Positions 37,153 to 47,436 of a DNA stretch of 64,000 bases are shown here, piece after piece. Where the stretch lies: the NCBI GenBank assembly GCA_965248675.1, contig CBDFJZ010000008.1, forward strand, positions 873,213 through 937,212. Direction: 5' to 3'. The stretch's first letter is position 1; the number at the start of each line of letters is the position of its first letter. Source of the stretch: Dehalococcoidia bacterium. Lineage in GTDB: Bacteria > Chloroflexota > Dehalococcoidia > UBA2979. Under the pieces are notes generated by a model. It saw nothing but the letters and a program-made list of their open reading frames with translations, did no database searches and was not told where the DNA came from. The position numbers and the translations under genes are program-made.

Positions 37153-38508
37153 TCACGAGAGGTGGCTATTGACGCCGCGGATGTCGTGCACGATCACGCC
37201 CCCGACGACCGTGGCGACGGCCCGACCCACCACCTCTTCGCCAAGGAGCGGGGTGTTGTGGCTGAGCGAACGGAGCGTCTCCGAGCCGACCGTCCACATG
37301 TCGCCGGGGTCGATCAGCGTGACGTCGCCGGGCGCGCCGGCGCCGAGCGTGCCCAGCCCGGGCAGTCCGAGCCGCTCATCGAGGCGCCAGGCGCGCACCG
37401 GGCCGAGGGTCAGCCGTTCGATCGCCGTCGCGAGCGGGATCGCGCCCGAGTCGACCAGGCTCATCACGTAGGCGAGCGCGGTTTCGAGGCCGACCATGCC
37501 GGGCGGCGCCTCCTCGAGCGACTGGGCCTTCTCATCGGCGTGGTGGGGCGCGTGGTCGGTAGCGATCGCGTCGACCGTGCCGTCGGCGACGGCGGCGACG
37601 CAGGCGGCGACGTCGCGCTCCTCGCGGAGCGGCGGGTTGCACTTGGCGTCGGTGTTATATGGCTCGCCCGCCAGCACGTGGAGGAGCGCTTGTTGTGTCA
37701 GCACCAGGTGGTGTGGGGTGACCTCGGCGGTGACGGGGAGGCCTCGGTCCTTCGCGTCGCGGATCAGGGCAACGGCGCCGGCGGTGCTGACGTGCTGGAT
37801 GTGCGCCTGGCCGCCGGTGAGCGCGGCGAGCGCGATGTCCCGCGCGACGGCGGCGTTTTCGCCGCCCGCGGGGCGCCCCGCGACGCCGAGCTGCGTAGCG
37901 ACGGCGCCGAGATGGGCGACCCCACCCTCGACGAGCGCCGCCACCTCGCAGTGCTGCGAGATGGGGACCCCGAGGACGGCCGCGTGCTGGTAGCCCGTTC
38001 GCATCAGCTCCGTGTCCTCGACGAAGTCGCCGTCATCGCTGAACGCGACGGCGCCGGCGTCGACGAGCTCTTGGAAATCGGTGAGGTGGCGTCCGCGACG
38101 ATCCCTGGTGATCGCGGCGGCGGTGAGGACGCGCACCAGACCGTCCCTGGCGCCTCGTTCCACCGCGTCCTGCAGGCGCCCACCACGGTCGATTGGCGGA
38201 TCGGTGTTCGGCATCTGACAAATCGTGGTGAACCCGCCGGCGGCTGCCGAGGCGGTGCCGGTCTCGATGGTCTCCTTGTGCGTCTGTCCCGGCGCGCGCA
38301 GGTGCGTATGGAGGTCGACGAAGCCGGGACTCACGATCAGGCCGGTCGCGTCGATCTGCACGGCGTCCCGCACGACCGAGGCCGCGCCGGGGCCGACCTC
38401 CGAAACGCGGCCATCCTCGAGCACAACGTCCGCGAGTTCGTCGCGGCCGGAAGCGGGATCGACGACGCGGCCGCCGGTGACGGCGAGGGGCGGAGGCGAT
38501 TCAGCCAT
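37153..38508 (-). CDS. pyrC: dihydroorotase-like cyclic amidohydrolase
   Basis: Start MAESPPPLAVTGGRVVDP.... GFVDLHTHLRAPGQTHKETIETGTASAAAGGFTT is dihydroorotase-type. Confidence 0.7.
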   Translation of the reverse strand: MAESPPPLAVTGGRVVDPASGRDELADVVLEDGRVSEVGPGAASVVRDAVQIDATGLIVSPGFVDLHTHLRAPGQTHKETIETGTASAAAGGFTTICQMPNTDPPIDRGGRLQDAVERGARDGLVRVLTAAAITRDRRGRHLTDFQELVDAGAVAFSDDGDFVEDTELMRTGYQHAAVLGVPISQHCEVAALVEGGVAHLGAVATQLGVAGRPAGGENAAVARDIALAALTGGQAHIQHVSTAGAVALIRDAKDRGLPVTAEVTPHHLVLTQQALLHVLAGEPYNTDAKCNPPLREERDVAACVAAVADGTVDAIATDHAPHHADEKAQSLEEAPPGMVGLETALAYVMSLVDSGAIPLATAIERLTLGPVRAWRLDERLGLPGLGTLGAGAPGDVTLIDPGDMWTVGSETLRSLSHNTPLLGEEVVGRAVATVVGGVIVHDIRGVNSHLS

Positions 38509-38573
38509 TCGACTGTTGTACACGGGGCTTGTTCTCGGCGCGAGTGGCGAAGCGCTCCATTTACACTGACCTG

Positions 38574-39359
38574 ATGACCTACGAACCGGGCGCGATGACC
38601 GAGGATCACGGGCGCGCCGACCTGCAAGTGCACACCGCCCACGGCGATGCGATGGGCGGCGCCACCGAGATCTTCGAGGCTGTCGAGAGCGCGGGCATCC
38701 TCAACGTCATCGCGGTCACGGATCACGACGACGTCGAGGGCGCGCTGCTGGCGCGCGAGGTGCACGCGCAAGGTGGCTACTCGTTCGAGCTCGTGACAGG
38801 GATCGAGGTGACGACGCGCCAGGGGCATCTGCTGGCGCTCTGGGTCGACCAGCCGATCCCTTCGTTCCGCTCGCTCGAGGAGACCGTGGCGGCGATCCAC
38901 GGCGCCGAGGGCCTGGCGGTGATCCCGCACCCGTTCTCGATGCTGACCCGCTCGATCGGCCGCCGCCGGCTTGAGCGCAACCTCGCGGTCGCCGATCGCG
39001 AGCTGCACGTAGACGGGATCGAACTCGCGAATCCGACGTCGTTCGGCTGGGACACGCGGCGAGCGCGACGCTTAAACGAGGAGTGGTACCAGCTGGCGGT
39101 CACGGGTGGCTCGGATGCGCATTTCACCGAGCTGATCGGCGCGGCGTACACGTCGTTCCCCGGTCGCACCGCCTCGGACTTGCGACTTGCGATCGAGGCG
39201 CGAACGACCGAGGGGCACCTCGGGAAGAAGGTGCCGCTGCACGAGATTGGTTTGCGTCGCCTCGCGCATCAGCAGGTGCGGGGGCTGAGCGTGACGCCTC
39301 GGAAGGTGTTCGGGCCGCCGCTGCGGCGGCTCGCCAGGCGGGTGCGACGCGGGTCGTGA
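38574..39359 (+). CDS. PHP-domain phosphoesterase
   Basis: DLQVHTAHGDAMGG ... AVTDHDD ... VIPHPF ... GGSDAHF. Confidence 0.7.
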   Translation: MTYEPGAMTEDHGRADLQVHTAHGDAMGGATEIFEAVESAGILNVIAVTDHDDVEGALLAREVHAQGGYSFELVTGIEVTTRQGHLLALWVDQPIPSFRSLEETVAAIHGAEGLAVIPHPFSMLTRSIGRRRLERNLAVADRELHVDGIELANPTSFGWDTRRARRLNEEWYQLAVTGGSDAHFTELIGAAYTSFPGRTASDLRLAIEARTTEGHLGKKVPLHEIGLRRLAHQQVRGLSVTPRKVFGPPLRRLARRVRRGS

Positions 39360-39483
39360 GCGGCGCGCGGGATCGGCGCCCGCTAACCTCTGATCGGCTG
39401 CTTACCGGTTCGCAATAGCCGCCACTGTTCAATGATCATGTCTCATCTGGTCGGGTGAGCGCGTCTCACCGAGGGGCCGTGCG

Positions 39484-40218
39484 ATGCAGCGTCAGCCGAA
39501 CCTGGGCGGTCCCGCTCAGGACGCCTGGGAGGTCGTCGAAGTCCTGTCGGGCAAGCTCGCCCGACAGATCGACTTCCGTGGAGAGCGCTACCTCGACGTG
39601 GGCTGCGGCAACGGCTCGTTCACCCTCGGGCTCGGCGAGGGCTTCGCCGAGACGTATGGGATCGACGTCGAGGAAGACCGGCTCGCCGACTTCCGGCGGA
39701 AGATCGACGAGCGCGGGATTCCGAGCACAACCGTTCAGTGGATGTCAGCGGAGACGATGGACTTCCCAGACGATCACTTCGACGTGATCACCGCGATCGA
39801 GGTGATTGAGCACATCCCAGACCTCGAGGCGACGCTCGACGAGATCCAGCGCGTGCTGAAGCCTGGAGGCAGCTTCGGGATTACGTGCCCAAACCGGCTC
39901 TTCCCGTTCGAGACCCACGGGATCTGGTGGCGAGGCCAGGAGAAGGGTGGCCGCTTCCCGCTGCTTCCGTACATCCCTCCGCTGCACAACCGATTCGCCC
40001 TCGCACGGGTGTTCACGGCGCGCGACCTGCAGCGTCTGCTGCTGCCTCGAGGCTTCGAGCGGCTCGACCTCGACTACGCGTACCCGACGTTCGAGCGCGG
40101 GAACCGGCTCGGGCGGCTGGCGCGGCCGCTCAAGGGGCTGATGCGCACGCTCGAGGACTCGCCGCTGCGACGGTTCGGCGTCTCGATCGTGACCTCGTAT
40201 CGGAAGCCGCTGGGCTGA
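39484..40218 (+). CDS. class I SAM-dependent methyltransferase
   Basis: YLDVGCGNGSFTLGL (motif I) ... LKPGGSFGIT. Confidence 0.75.
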   Translation: MQRQPNLGGPAQDAWEVVEVLSGKLARQIDFRGERYLDVGCGNGSFTLGLGEGFAETYGIDVEEDRLADFRRKIDERGIPSTTVQWMSAETMDFPDDHFDVITAIEVIEHIPDLEATLDEIQRVLKPGGSFGITCPNRLFPFETHGIWWRGQEKGGRFPLLPYIPPLHNRFALARVFTARDLQRLLLPRGFERLDLDYAYPTFERGNRLGRLARPLKGLMRTLEDSPLRRFGVSIVTSYRKPLG

Positions 40219-40265
40219 CCCCCCACCGGTCGACCGCGCCGCGGGACGCCGGATCAGAGCATCGC

Positions 40266-40652
40266 CTAGCTAGTTGCCGCATGGTGACCAGGGGGTGGCC
40301 GGATCGCGTAGACGCGAGTCGGTGTCACCTCGATCGTCACGAGGGCGTCGCGGTCGTAACGCTGCTCGTCGGCGGTCGCTTCGGTCCGGCCCGTCGGGTC
40401 CACCTGGACTTCGCGAGCGCCGCCATACGCGATCACCGCGCGGTATGGGCCATCCCACGAGGTGATGACGCAGTGCGCGTTCTCGCGGTGATCAGCGAGG
40501 CGGCGTGAGTCGGCGAACGTGGGGAGGTAGAAACGTCCGTCGACCAGGTGGATGTCGAGCGGGACGGCGTGCACCGTGCCGGATCGCGTGGCGGTCGAGA
40601 CGGTCGCCATCCGCGCTTCGCCCCAGAAATCGATGAACTCCTGGGCGGACAT
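40266..40652 (-). CDS. pyridoxamine 5'-phosphate oxidase-like (F420-dependent PPOX class) protein
   Basis: MSAQEFIDFWGEARMATVSTATRSGTVHAVPLDIHLVDGRFYLPT... gives a complete split-barrel domain. Confidence 0.7.
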   Translation of the reverse strand: MSAQEFIDFWGEARMATVSTATRSGTVHAVPLDIHLVDGRFYLPTFADSRRLADHRENAHCVITSWDGPYRAVIAYGGAREVQVDPTGRTEATADEQRYDRDALVTIEVTPTRVYAIRPPPGHHAATS

Positions 40653-40778
40653 CGCCCAGCCGCCGCCCACGAAGTTCTTGTGGATCGCCGGGCCAGCGGT
40701 CGCTGCACTGTGGGTCGAGTAGCTCCTGAAGACGGGCGATGGTCTCCGGCTGCTCGTGCATTTTGAGTGATCGCCTCG

Positions 40779-41991
40779 CTAACCCCTCGGGAGGCCGAGA
40801 CCGCGCGTGGCGATGATGTTGCGCTGCACCTCGGAGGTGCCGCCTCGAACGGTGGCTGGCACGGCGGCGAGGTAGGCGCGGGAGAACTCGCCCGCGGGCG
40901 TGGACTCGTCGCCGTTGTTGGCGTGGAGGCCGAAGACGCGGGTGCCGGTGAGGGCGAGGCGCTGGACCAGCTCCGAGTTGAAGAGCTTGGCGGTGGACGC
41001 CTCGTAGTTGGGGATCAGGCCGGCCTGCTGCATCGAGACGATGCGGAACGAGTACTGGAACATCACCTCGGTCTCGATCCAGCGGTCGGCGAGGCCGAAC
41101 GGCGCGGCCCCGCGCCGAGCTGACCGAGGGTGCTCCCGTCGTCCGAGGTGGCGTGTGCGATCAGCGCGCGGAGCGTGCGTCGCGCGCCGACGGCGCCGCC
41201 GATGTTCGAGCGCTCGAAGTCGAGCAGCGTCATCCCCACGTACCAGCCGCGATTCTCCTCGCCGACGAGGTTCGAGGCCGGGACGCGCACGTCCACGAAG
41301 AAGGTTTCGTTGAAGTAGTGCTTGTCGTTCATGTTGACGAGCGGGCGGACCGTGATCCCCCGGGGCGTGGATGTCCTCGATCAGGAGGAACGAGATGCCT
41401 CGATGCTTCGGCGCTTCGGGGTCGGTGCGGGTGAGCGCGAAGATCGAGTCCGCGGCGTGGGCGCCGGAGGTCCCAGATCTTCTGGCCGTTGACGACGTAC
41501 TCGTCGCCGTCGCGGACCGCGCGTGTCTGCAGCGAGGCGAGGTCGGAGCCGGCGCCCGGTTCCGAGTAGCCCTGGGCCCACACGCGCTCTCCCGCGAGGA
41601 TCGGCGGGAGGTACTTCTGGCGTTGCTCCTCGGTGCCGTGGACAATCAGGGTAGGACCGAGCAGGCCGACGGCGGAGCCGCCGACCGCCGGAGCCGAGGC
41701 TTCCGCCATCTCCTGGCGGAAGATGAACTGCTCGGCGACGGTCATGCCGCCGCCGCCGTACTCCCGGGGCCAGTGCGGGGCGACCCATCCGCGCTCGGCA
41801 AGGGCGCTCGCCCACTCCGAGGCCGCGCGTCGCGCCTCGGGGTCGTCGGCCTTGCGATCGAACTCCCACTGGCGCTCGCCCTCGTGCGCGTGTTCGGCGA
41901 GGGCGCGGTAGCGGGCGGGAAGGCGTTCGGCGATGACGGCGCGGACCTGCTCACGGAATTCGCGCTGCTCGTCGTTGTCGTTCCAGTCCAT
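40779..41991 (-). pseudogene. acyl-CoA dehydrogenase, fragmented across three frames
   Basis: N-terminus (41329..41991: ...GYSEPGAGSDLASLQTRAVRDGDEYVVNGQKIW). Middle pieces SGAHAADSIFALTRTDPEAPKHRGISFLLIED and NDKHYFNETFFVDVRVPASNLVGEENRGW. C-terminus ETEVMFQYSFRIVSMQQAGLI...RNIIATRGLGLP. These occupy three different frames, so at least 3 indels. Confidence 0.6.
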
Positions 41992-42078
41992 CTTCTGCTC
42001 CGTCGCTGCCGCGCCGCCCTCAGGACGCGGCTACGCCGCAGGCTATGATGCGGCCTCGCCGAGATTCTACGGCGATGA

Positions 42079-43413
42079 ACGAGGAGGCGGCGTGACCGAG
42101 GACGGTGCAACGCCCGAACGAATCGAGCCGACGGGACCGCTCGCCGGCGTGCGCGTGCTCGAGTTCTCGCAGATCGTCGCCGGTCCCTACGCCGGCGTGT
42201 ACCTGTCGGACCTCGGGGCCGACGTGGTGAAGGTGGAGCCCCCGTACGGCGACGACCGGCGCAACACGATGGCCGTGATCCCTAACGAGAGCAAATACTT
42301 CCAGGTGTTAAATCGAGGCAAGCTAGGGCTGGTCGTCGACCTGAAACGCCCCGAGGGTCAGGCTCTGATCCAGCGCCTCGTGCCCGGCTTCGACGTCGTG
42401 ATGATCAACTACCGCCAGGGCGTCGCGAACGCCTCGGGATCGACTACGAGACGCTATCGGCGATCCGGCCGGACCTGATCTACGCGACGATCACGGGCTT
42501 CGGCACGGAGGGGCCGGAGGCGGGCCGCGCGGGGTCCGACATCGTGGCGCAAGCCTACTCGGGGATGATGGCGACGGAGGGGAAGACCGAGGAGAGCGGG
42601 GCCCCGCGATTCATCCAGTCGACGCCCTATGCCGACCGCGCGACGGCGCTCGCGGTCGCGATGGGCGTGGCGTCCGCGCTGTTCCACCGCGAGCGGACCG
42701 GCGAGGGCCAGCGGATCGACGCTTCGCTCCTGCAAACGGCGATCGATCTGATGTCGCGGCACGTGACGCGCGAGCCAACCCACGACGTGGTGCTGCGCGA
42801 CCCGATGCTGGAACAGATCAACCGCGCTGCCTCGCGGGCGGCCGGCCGTACAGCGAAGCGCTGGAGGTCCGGAACGACCAGTTCACGCGCTTTGCGACCC
42901 AGCGCCTCTACTACCGCGGCTACCACACGAAGCAGGGCGCGATCGTGCTCGGAGCGCTGACGCGCGCGAATCGACGCGCGCTGGCGTCCGGTCGTGGGGC
43001 TGGACGACCCAACGGACGACGAGGACTTCGACGCGAGCGCGCCGGGCTGGCCCGAGGAGTTTGCCGTCTGGCAGCGGCGGGTCCAGGAACGGATGCTGGA
43101 GAAGACGGCGGCGGAGTGGGTGGCGCTGCTCGACGAGGCGGGCGTGCCGGCGTCGGTGGTGCACTTCGCGGAGGAGATGAGCGACGACCCGCAGGTGGAG
43201 GCGATGGGGATGATGGCGGAGCTGGTGCACCCCGTGACCGGGCCACAGCGGGTGGTGGGACCGCTCCTGAAGATGTCGAAGACGCCGCCGAACGCCCATC
43301 GCCACGCACCGGTGTGGGGTGCGGACTGCGCGGAGGTGTTGCGCGAGGCGGGGCTGGCGGACCACGAGATCGCGGCGTTGCAGGCGGACGGCGTGATCGT
43401 CGGCAGCAACTGA
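42079..43413 (+). pseudogene. CoA transferase family III (CaiB/BaiF-like), fragmented across three frames
   Basis: VLEFSQIVAGPYAGVYLSDLGADVVKVEPP (frame 2); IYATITGFGTEGPEAGRAGSDIVAQAYSGMMA...RIDASLLQTAIDL (frame 1); PYSEALEVRNDQFTRFATQRLYYRGYHTKQGAIVLGALT (frame 0); then EFAVWQRRVQ...GPLLKMSKTPP... (frame 1). Confidence 0.6.
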
Positions 43414-43474
43414 CGCTTCGGCCGCAGGCGCCTAGAGCGAGGTGGCCTCGGCCACGCCTGCTACGCAGCCGGTG

Positions 43475-44320
43475 TTAGCGGCCGAGCAGCGTGTCCGCCG
43501 CCGCGGAGACCCGATCGCAGGTGTCCTCGATCGTGCGACCGTTGACGAGCAGGACAAGTCGATCGACCCCGAGCGCGCGGTACCGCTCGACGTGCTCGGG
43601 CGTGATCCGGGGCGGCGGGGTGACGGTGATCTCGAGGTCACCGAGGCCGTCCCCGCGTTCGGTGTCTCGCTGAACGGCGTCCAGGCTGTCGATCGCCGCG
43701 CGCGTCGCTTCGACGTCCAGTGAGAACCCGTACCACCCGTCCCCCTGGCGTATGGCTCGCCGGTGCGCCGCCGCGCTGTGGCCGCCGACCACGATCGGCG
43801 GCGCGGGCTGTTGCACGGGCCGGGGTTGCGCATCGATCCCGGAGAACGACCAGAACCGCCCCTCGAAGGCCGGTTGCTCCTCAGTCCACAGCGTTCGGAT
43901 GACGTCGATCGCTTCGTTCGTACGAGCTCCCCGCGTGCCGAACTCCGCGCCCAGCGCATCGAACTCGGGACGCAGGTAGCCTGCGGCGACCCCGAGGATG
44001 AGCCGCCCGCGCGAAAGCACGTCGACACTCGCCATTTCCTTGGACAGCACGAGCGGGTTGCGCTGCGGCAGGATCACGATGCCCGTCGCGAGGCGGATCG
44101 ACTGGGTGTTCGCCGCAACGAAGGAGAGGGCCACCGCCGGGTCGAGCATCGGACTCTGCGGTGGCGCCGGCGACGGCGGTTCCTGTGGATCGGGAAGGAC
44201 CACATGCTCGGCCGTCCAGACCGAGTCGAAGCCAGCCTGCTCCGCCAACTGAGCGACGCGAACCGCTCCCTCCGGATCCGCGCATGGACCGGTGTTGATG
44301 CCAAAGATCCCGAACTTCAT
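43475..44320 (-). CDS. LLM-class (luciferase-like) F420-dependent oxidoreductase
   Basis: MKFGIFGINTGPCADPEGAVRVAQLAEQAGFDSVWTAEHV... is a bacterial-luciferase-like TIM barrel. Confidence 0.8.
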   Translation of the reverse strand: MKFGIFGINTGPCADPEGAVRVAQLAEQAGFDSVWTAEHVVLPDPQEPPSPAPPQSPMLDPAVALSFVAANTQSIRLATGIVILPQRNPLVLSKEMASVDVLSRGRLILGVAAGYLRPEFDALGAEFGTRGARTNEAIDVIRTLWTEEQPAFEGRFWSFSGIDAQPRPVQQPAPPIVVGGHSAAAHRRAIRQGDGWYGFSLDVEATRAAIDSLDAVQRDTERGDGLGDLEITVTPPPRITPEHVERYRALGVDRLVLLVNGRTIEDTCDRVSAAADTLLGR

Positions 44321-44382
44321 CTGTGCCCCCTCACGACCCGCCGCGACCAACCCTACTTTGATCGAGCTCGTGGAGAAGCGCT

Positions 44383-45684
44383 GTGTTCGATTGGCCATTG
44401 AGGTGCTCCACTGGATCGCCTCGGAACCGACAGCCACGAAAGGGGCCGTCCTTGGTCGACGAGCTACGGCCGATCGCTGAGCAAGAATACGAGCGCTGGA
44501 ACCAGGTCCCCTTCGCGGGCTTTAGCAACATCCCCGAGCCGGGCGAGATCGCGGGCTGGCGCGAGCGGACGGAGTTCGACCGGACGCTGGTGGCGATCGA
44601 GGACGGGCAGATGGTGGGCACGACGGCGGCCAATACGAACTCGATGCACGTGCCGGGCGGCGCGTTGCTGCCGACGGCCGGTGTGACGGCGGTGGCGGTG
44701 TTACCGACGCACCGGCGACGCGGGGTGCTCACCCAGATGATGCGCCGCCAGCTCGATGACGTGCGGGCACGGGGTGAGGTGCTGGCGGCGTTGTGGGCGT
44801 CGGAGAGCGTGATCTATGGCCGGTTCGGATACGGAATGGCGATTCCGGGCGAAGTGTGGCGAATCGACCGTGTGCGAGCGGAGTTCGCGCAGCCACCGCG
44901 GGACGAAGGCGCGAGGAACGTGCGATTCGTGGACCGGGCCGAGGCACTGGCGCGGTTCCCGACGATCCACGAGCGGGTGGCGCGGTCGAGGGCAGGAGGC
45001 CTGCTACCACCCGAAGGCTGGTGGAACTCGCAGTACGGCGACGGCGAGTGGAAGGAGGAGATGCAGAAACAGGAGCCATTCCTTGTGATCTTTGAGCGCG
45101 GTGGGACCGACCAAGGGTTCGCCTCGTACCGAGTACGCGGGTCCGAAGGACCGGTCAGCACTCGCGAGTTGGACGTGCGATCGCTGCACGCGGCATCAGC
45201 GGAGGCGCACGAGTCGCTATGGCGGTTCATCTTCGGCATCGACCTCGTCGAAACGGTGCTCGCCCGGAACCAGCCGATCGACGACGCGCTGCCCTGGATG
45301 CTGCGGGACATGCGCCGGCTTCGGCGGAACGTCTACGACGGGATCTGGCTGAGGCTGGTCGACGTACCGGCCGTCCTCGCGGCGCGCACATACTCGACGC
45401 CGGGGCGGCTCGTCCTCGAGGTCGACGACGCGTTCTGCCCGTGGAACGAGGGGACGTACGCCCTCGAGGTTGCCGAGGATGGCAGCGCTTGCTGCTTACC
45501 CGCCGACGATGCGCCGGCGCTGGCGCTGGCGGCGGACGCCCTCGGAGCGATCTATCTCGGCGGCACCTCGCCTGTGACGCTGGCGGCGGCGGGGCGGATC
45601 GTGGAGCACGAGGCGGGCGCGGTGTCGCGGGCGGAGGCGATGTTTCGCACGGACTCCGCGCCTTGGTGCGCGCTCGACTTCTAG
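44383..45684 (+). CDS. Eis-like GNAT acetyltransferase (GNAT plus SCP2-like C-terminal domain)
   Basis: VAVLPTHRRRGVLTQMM ... LWASESVIYGRFGYG. The TTG at 44452 with GAAAGGGG upstream is probably the true start. The ATG at 44383 gives a non-native-looking N-terminus. Confidence 0.75.
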   Translation: MFDWPLRCSTGSPRNRQPRKGPSLVDELRPIAEQEYERWNQVPFAGFSNIPEPGEIAGWRERTEFDRTLVAIEDGQMVGTTAANTNSMHVPGGALLPTAGVTAVAVLPTHRRRGVLTQMMRRQLDDVRARGEVLAALWASESVIYGRFGYGMAIPGEVWRIDRVRAEFAQPPRDEGARNVRFVDRAEALARFPTIHERVARSRAGGLLPPEGWWNSQYGDGEWKEEMQKQEPFLVIFERGGTDQGFASYRVRGSEGPVSTRELDVRSLHAASAEAHESLWRFIFGIDLVETVLARNQPIDDALPWMLRDMRRLRRNVYDGIWLRLVDVPAVLAARTYSTPGRLVLEVDDAFCPWNEGTYALEVAEDGSACCLPADDAPALALAADALGAIYLGGTSPVTLAAAGRIVEHEAGAVSRAEAMFRTDSAPWCALDF

Positions 45685-45693
45685 CGCCGTCGA

Positions 45694-47436
45694 TTAGCGA
45701 GGCGGCAGGCGATCCTGCGCGTCCCAGATCCGATCGAGGATCGGGCGCCCCGCACCGGCCGGGTCAACGAACTCGGGGCGATAGAGGCCACGGTGGAGTT
45801 CGGGGAAGCCTCGGATCACCACCGGGCGGATGCGGTAGCCGATCAGGAGATCGGCGGTGAAGCCGAGGTCCATCGCCATGCCCTGCGTGGTCTCGACAGA
45901 CCACGACTGGTCGAAGACGAAGTTGCCGAAGGAGTAGGCGACAAGGGCGTCACCGGCGTCAGCCGCGCGTTGACCGGCTGGGAAGTGCTCGACGGCCTGC
46001 ACCCAGTGAGGGTGATTGCCGAGGACGACGGTCGCGCCGGCGTCGATGGCGGCCCAAGCGTTGTCCGTCTGGAACCCGATCGGGTCCGAGGTGTACTCGA
46101 CGCCCCACCCGGCGCCCATGATCACGTGGTCGGCGACCGGCAGCGCTGCGGCAACGTCCTCGCGGACGAACGCCGTTTCGAGGGGCGCCGTACCGGCCCA
46201 GTCCGGACCGGCAGCATAGAACGCGGCCGCGATCGAGTCGTAAGCGACGAACGCGAAGCTGACGGGGCCGTTCAGCGTCTCGACGGTGAACGTGGCCGGC
46301 TCGCGTGCTTCCGCGAGGTTCGCGCCGGCGCCGGCGGTAACGAGGCCGACGCGCTCGAGGTTGGCGATGGTGTCGAGCAGCGCCGCCGCCGGGGAGCAGG
46401 CCTGCCAGCAATCCATCGCGTGATTCCCGGCGGTGATGGCGACATCGATGCCGACCGCGGCCATCGCATCCGCGGCAGCGGCCGGACCCTGGAGCGTGAA
46501 GGTTTCGGTGCAGGGCGTCGGCGGCGAGAGGTCGGTGAGGCTGACCTCGAGCGGGGAGACGGCGATGTCGGCGGCGCGGATCGCGTCGCCGGTGGCCTCG
46601 AACATCGCGTCCATGCCGCCCGCGGCGAGCAGCGCCTCGTAGCTGCAACGCGCCGGGATCAGCTCGCCGGTGGCGAGCATGCCGGCCGGGTCGAACGTCG
46701 GGGCCGCCTCGAAGCCGGCGAGCGTGGCGATGTCGGCTGCCTGGCCGGCCGGCGCGGCGATCCAGCGGGCGTCGCGGAGCGGCGAGGCGGCCGCCGGATC
46801 GCGGTAGGGGTCGTGGCCATCGACGACGAGCGCGAGCACGCCGAGGCGTAATGCCTCGGGTTCGACGACGGCAAAGGCGCCAGGCTCGCCCTGCACGCGC
46901 GAGACTAGCTCGTCGTCGGGCAGGCGGGTGGCCGCGAGGTCGGATTCCGGGATACCGAGGGCAGATCCGATTGCGGCAGCCTGTGATTCGGGCAGGTAGG
47001 CGACAAGCGGGGCTGGGGAGCCACCAAGGTTGGACCAATCCACGATCTCGCCGCGAAGTGCGGCCACGACGTCAGAGCGGGTGACCTCGAAGACGTCGCG
47101 TCGCTGATCGGTGATCGCGGCTCAACGCGCGAGGACGATCCTGGCGGCGCCGTCGATCGGCTCGTCGCTGATCGCGAGCGTGACCGCGGCCGATGCTCGC
47201 GAGGGAGCGACTGAAAGGTCATCGGCGGCCGTCACAGCGGCGGCGATCCGGTTGCGTTCGTCGTCGCTCGCCACCTCGATCACGACGGGCGTGCCGGTGG
47301 GAGCGGGAGTGAGGGCAGCGGTCGGTGCCGCCGTCGGGACGATCGTCGACCCTGGTGGCGGCGCTTCGACGGAGTTACAGGCGGCGAACACGGCGGTGAG
47401 CAGTGCGCCGATCGCCACAGGCGCGCGACGGATCAT
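45694..47436 (-). pseudogene. CapA/PgsA-family (poly-gamma-glutamate synthesis) lipoprotein with an in-frame TGA at 47122-47124
   Basis: Signal peptide with lipobox MIRRAPVAIGALLTAVFAAC from the ATG at 47436, overlapping the murB stop as ATGA. The same frame continues through TGA (..IVLAR*AAITDQ..) into the CapA body (GNHPHW, AYSFGNFVFDQ). Confidence 0.6.

Noticed and set aside
40492-40761. ORF MHEQPETIARLQELL... as a possible frameshifted N-terminus of the PPOX-like gene
   Set aside because: The PPOX split-barrel domain is complete from MSAQEF (40652). The upstream ORF is in another frame and turns Arg/Pro-rich after 15 residues.
617-47124. TGA recoding (selenocysteine or an alternative genetic code) to explain the two in-frame TGAs
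   Set aside because: TGA terminates many intact genes in this window. No SECIS-like hairpin follows either site, and high-GC lineages do not use code 4 or 25. Nonsense mutation or miscall is more parsimonious.
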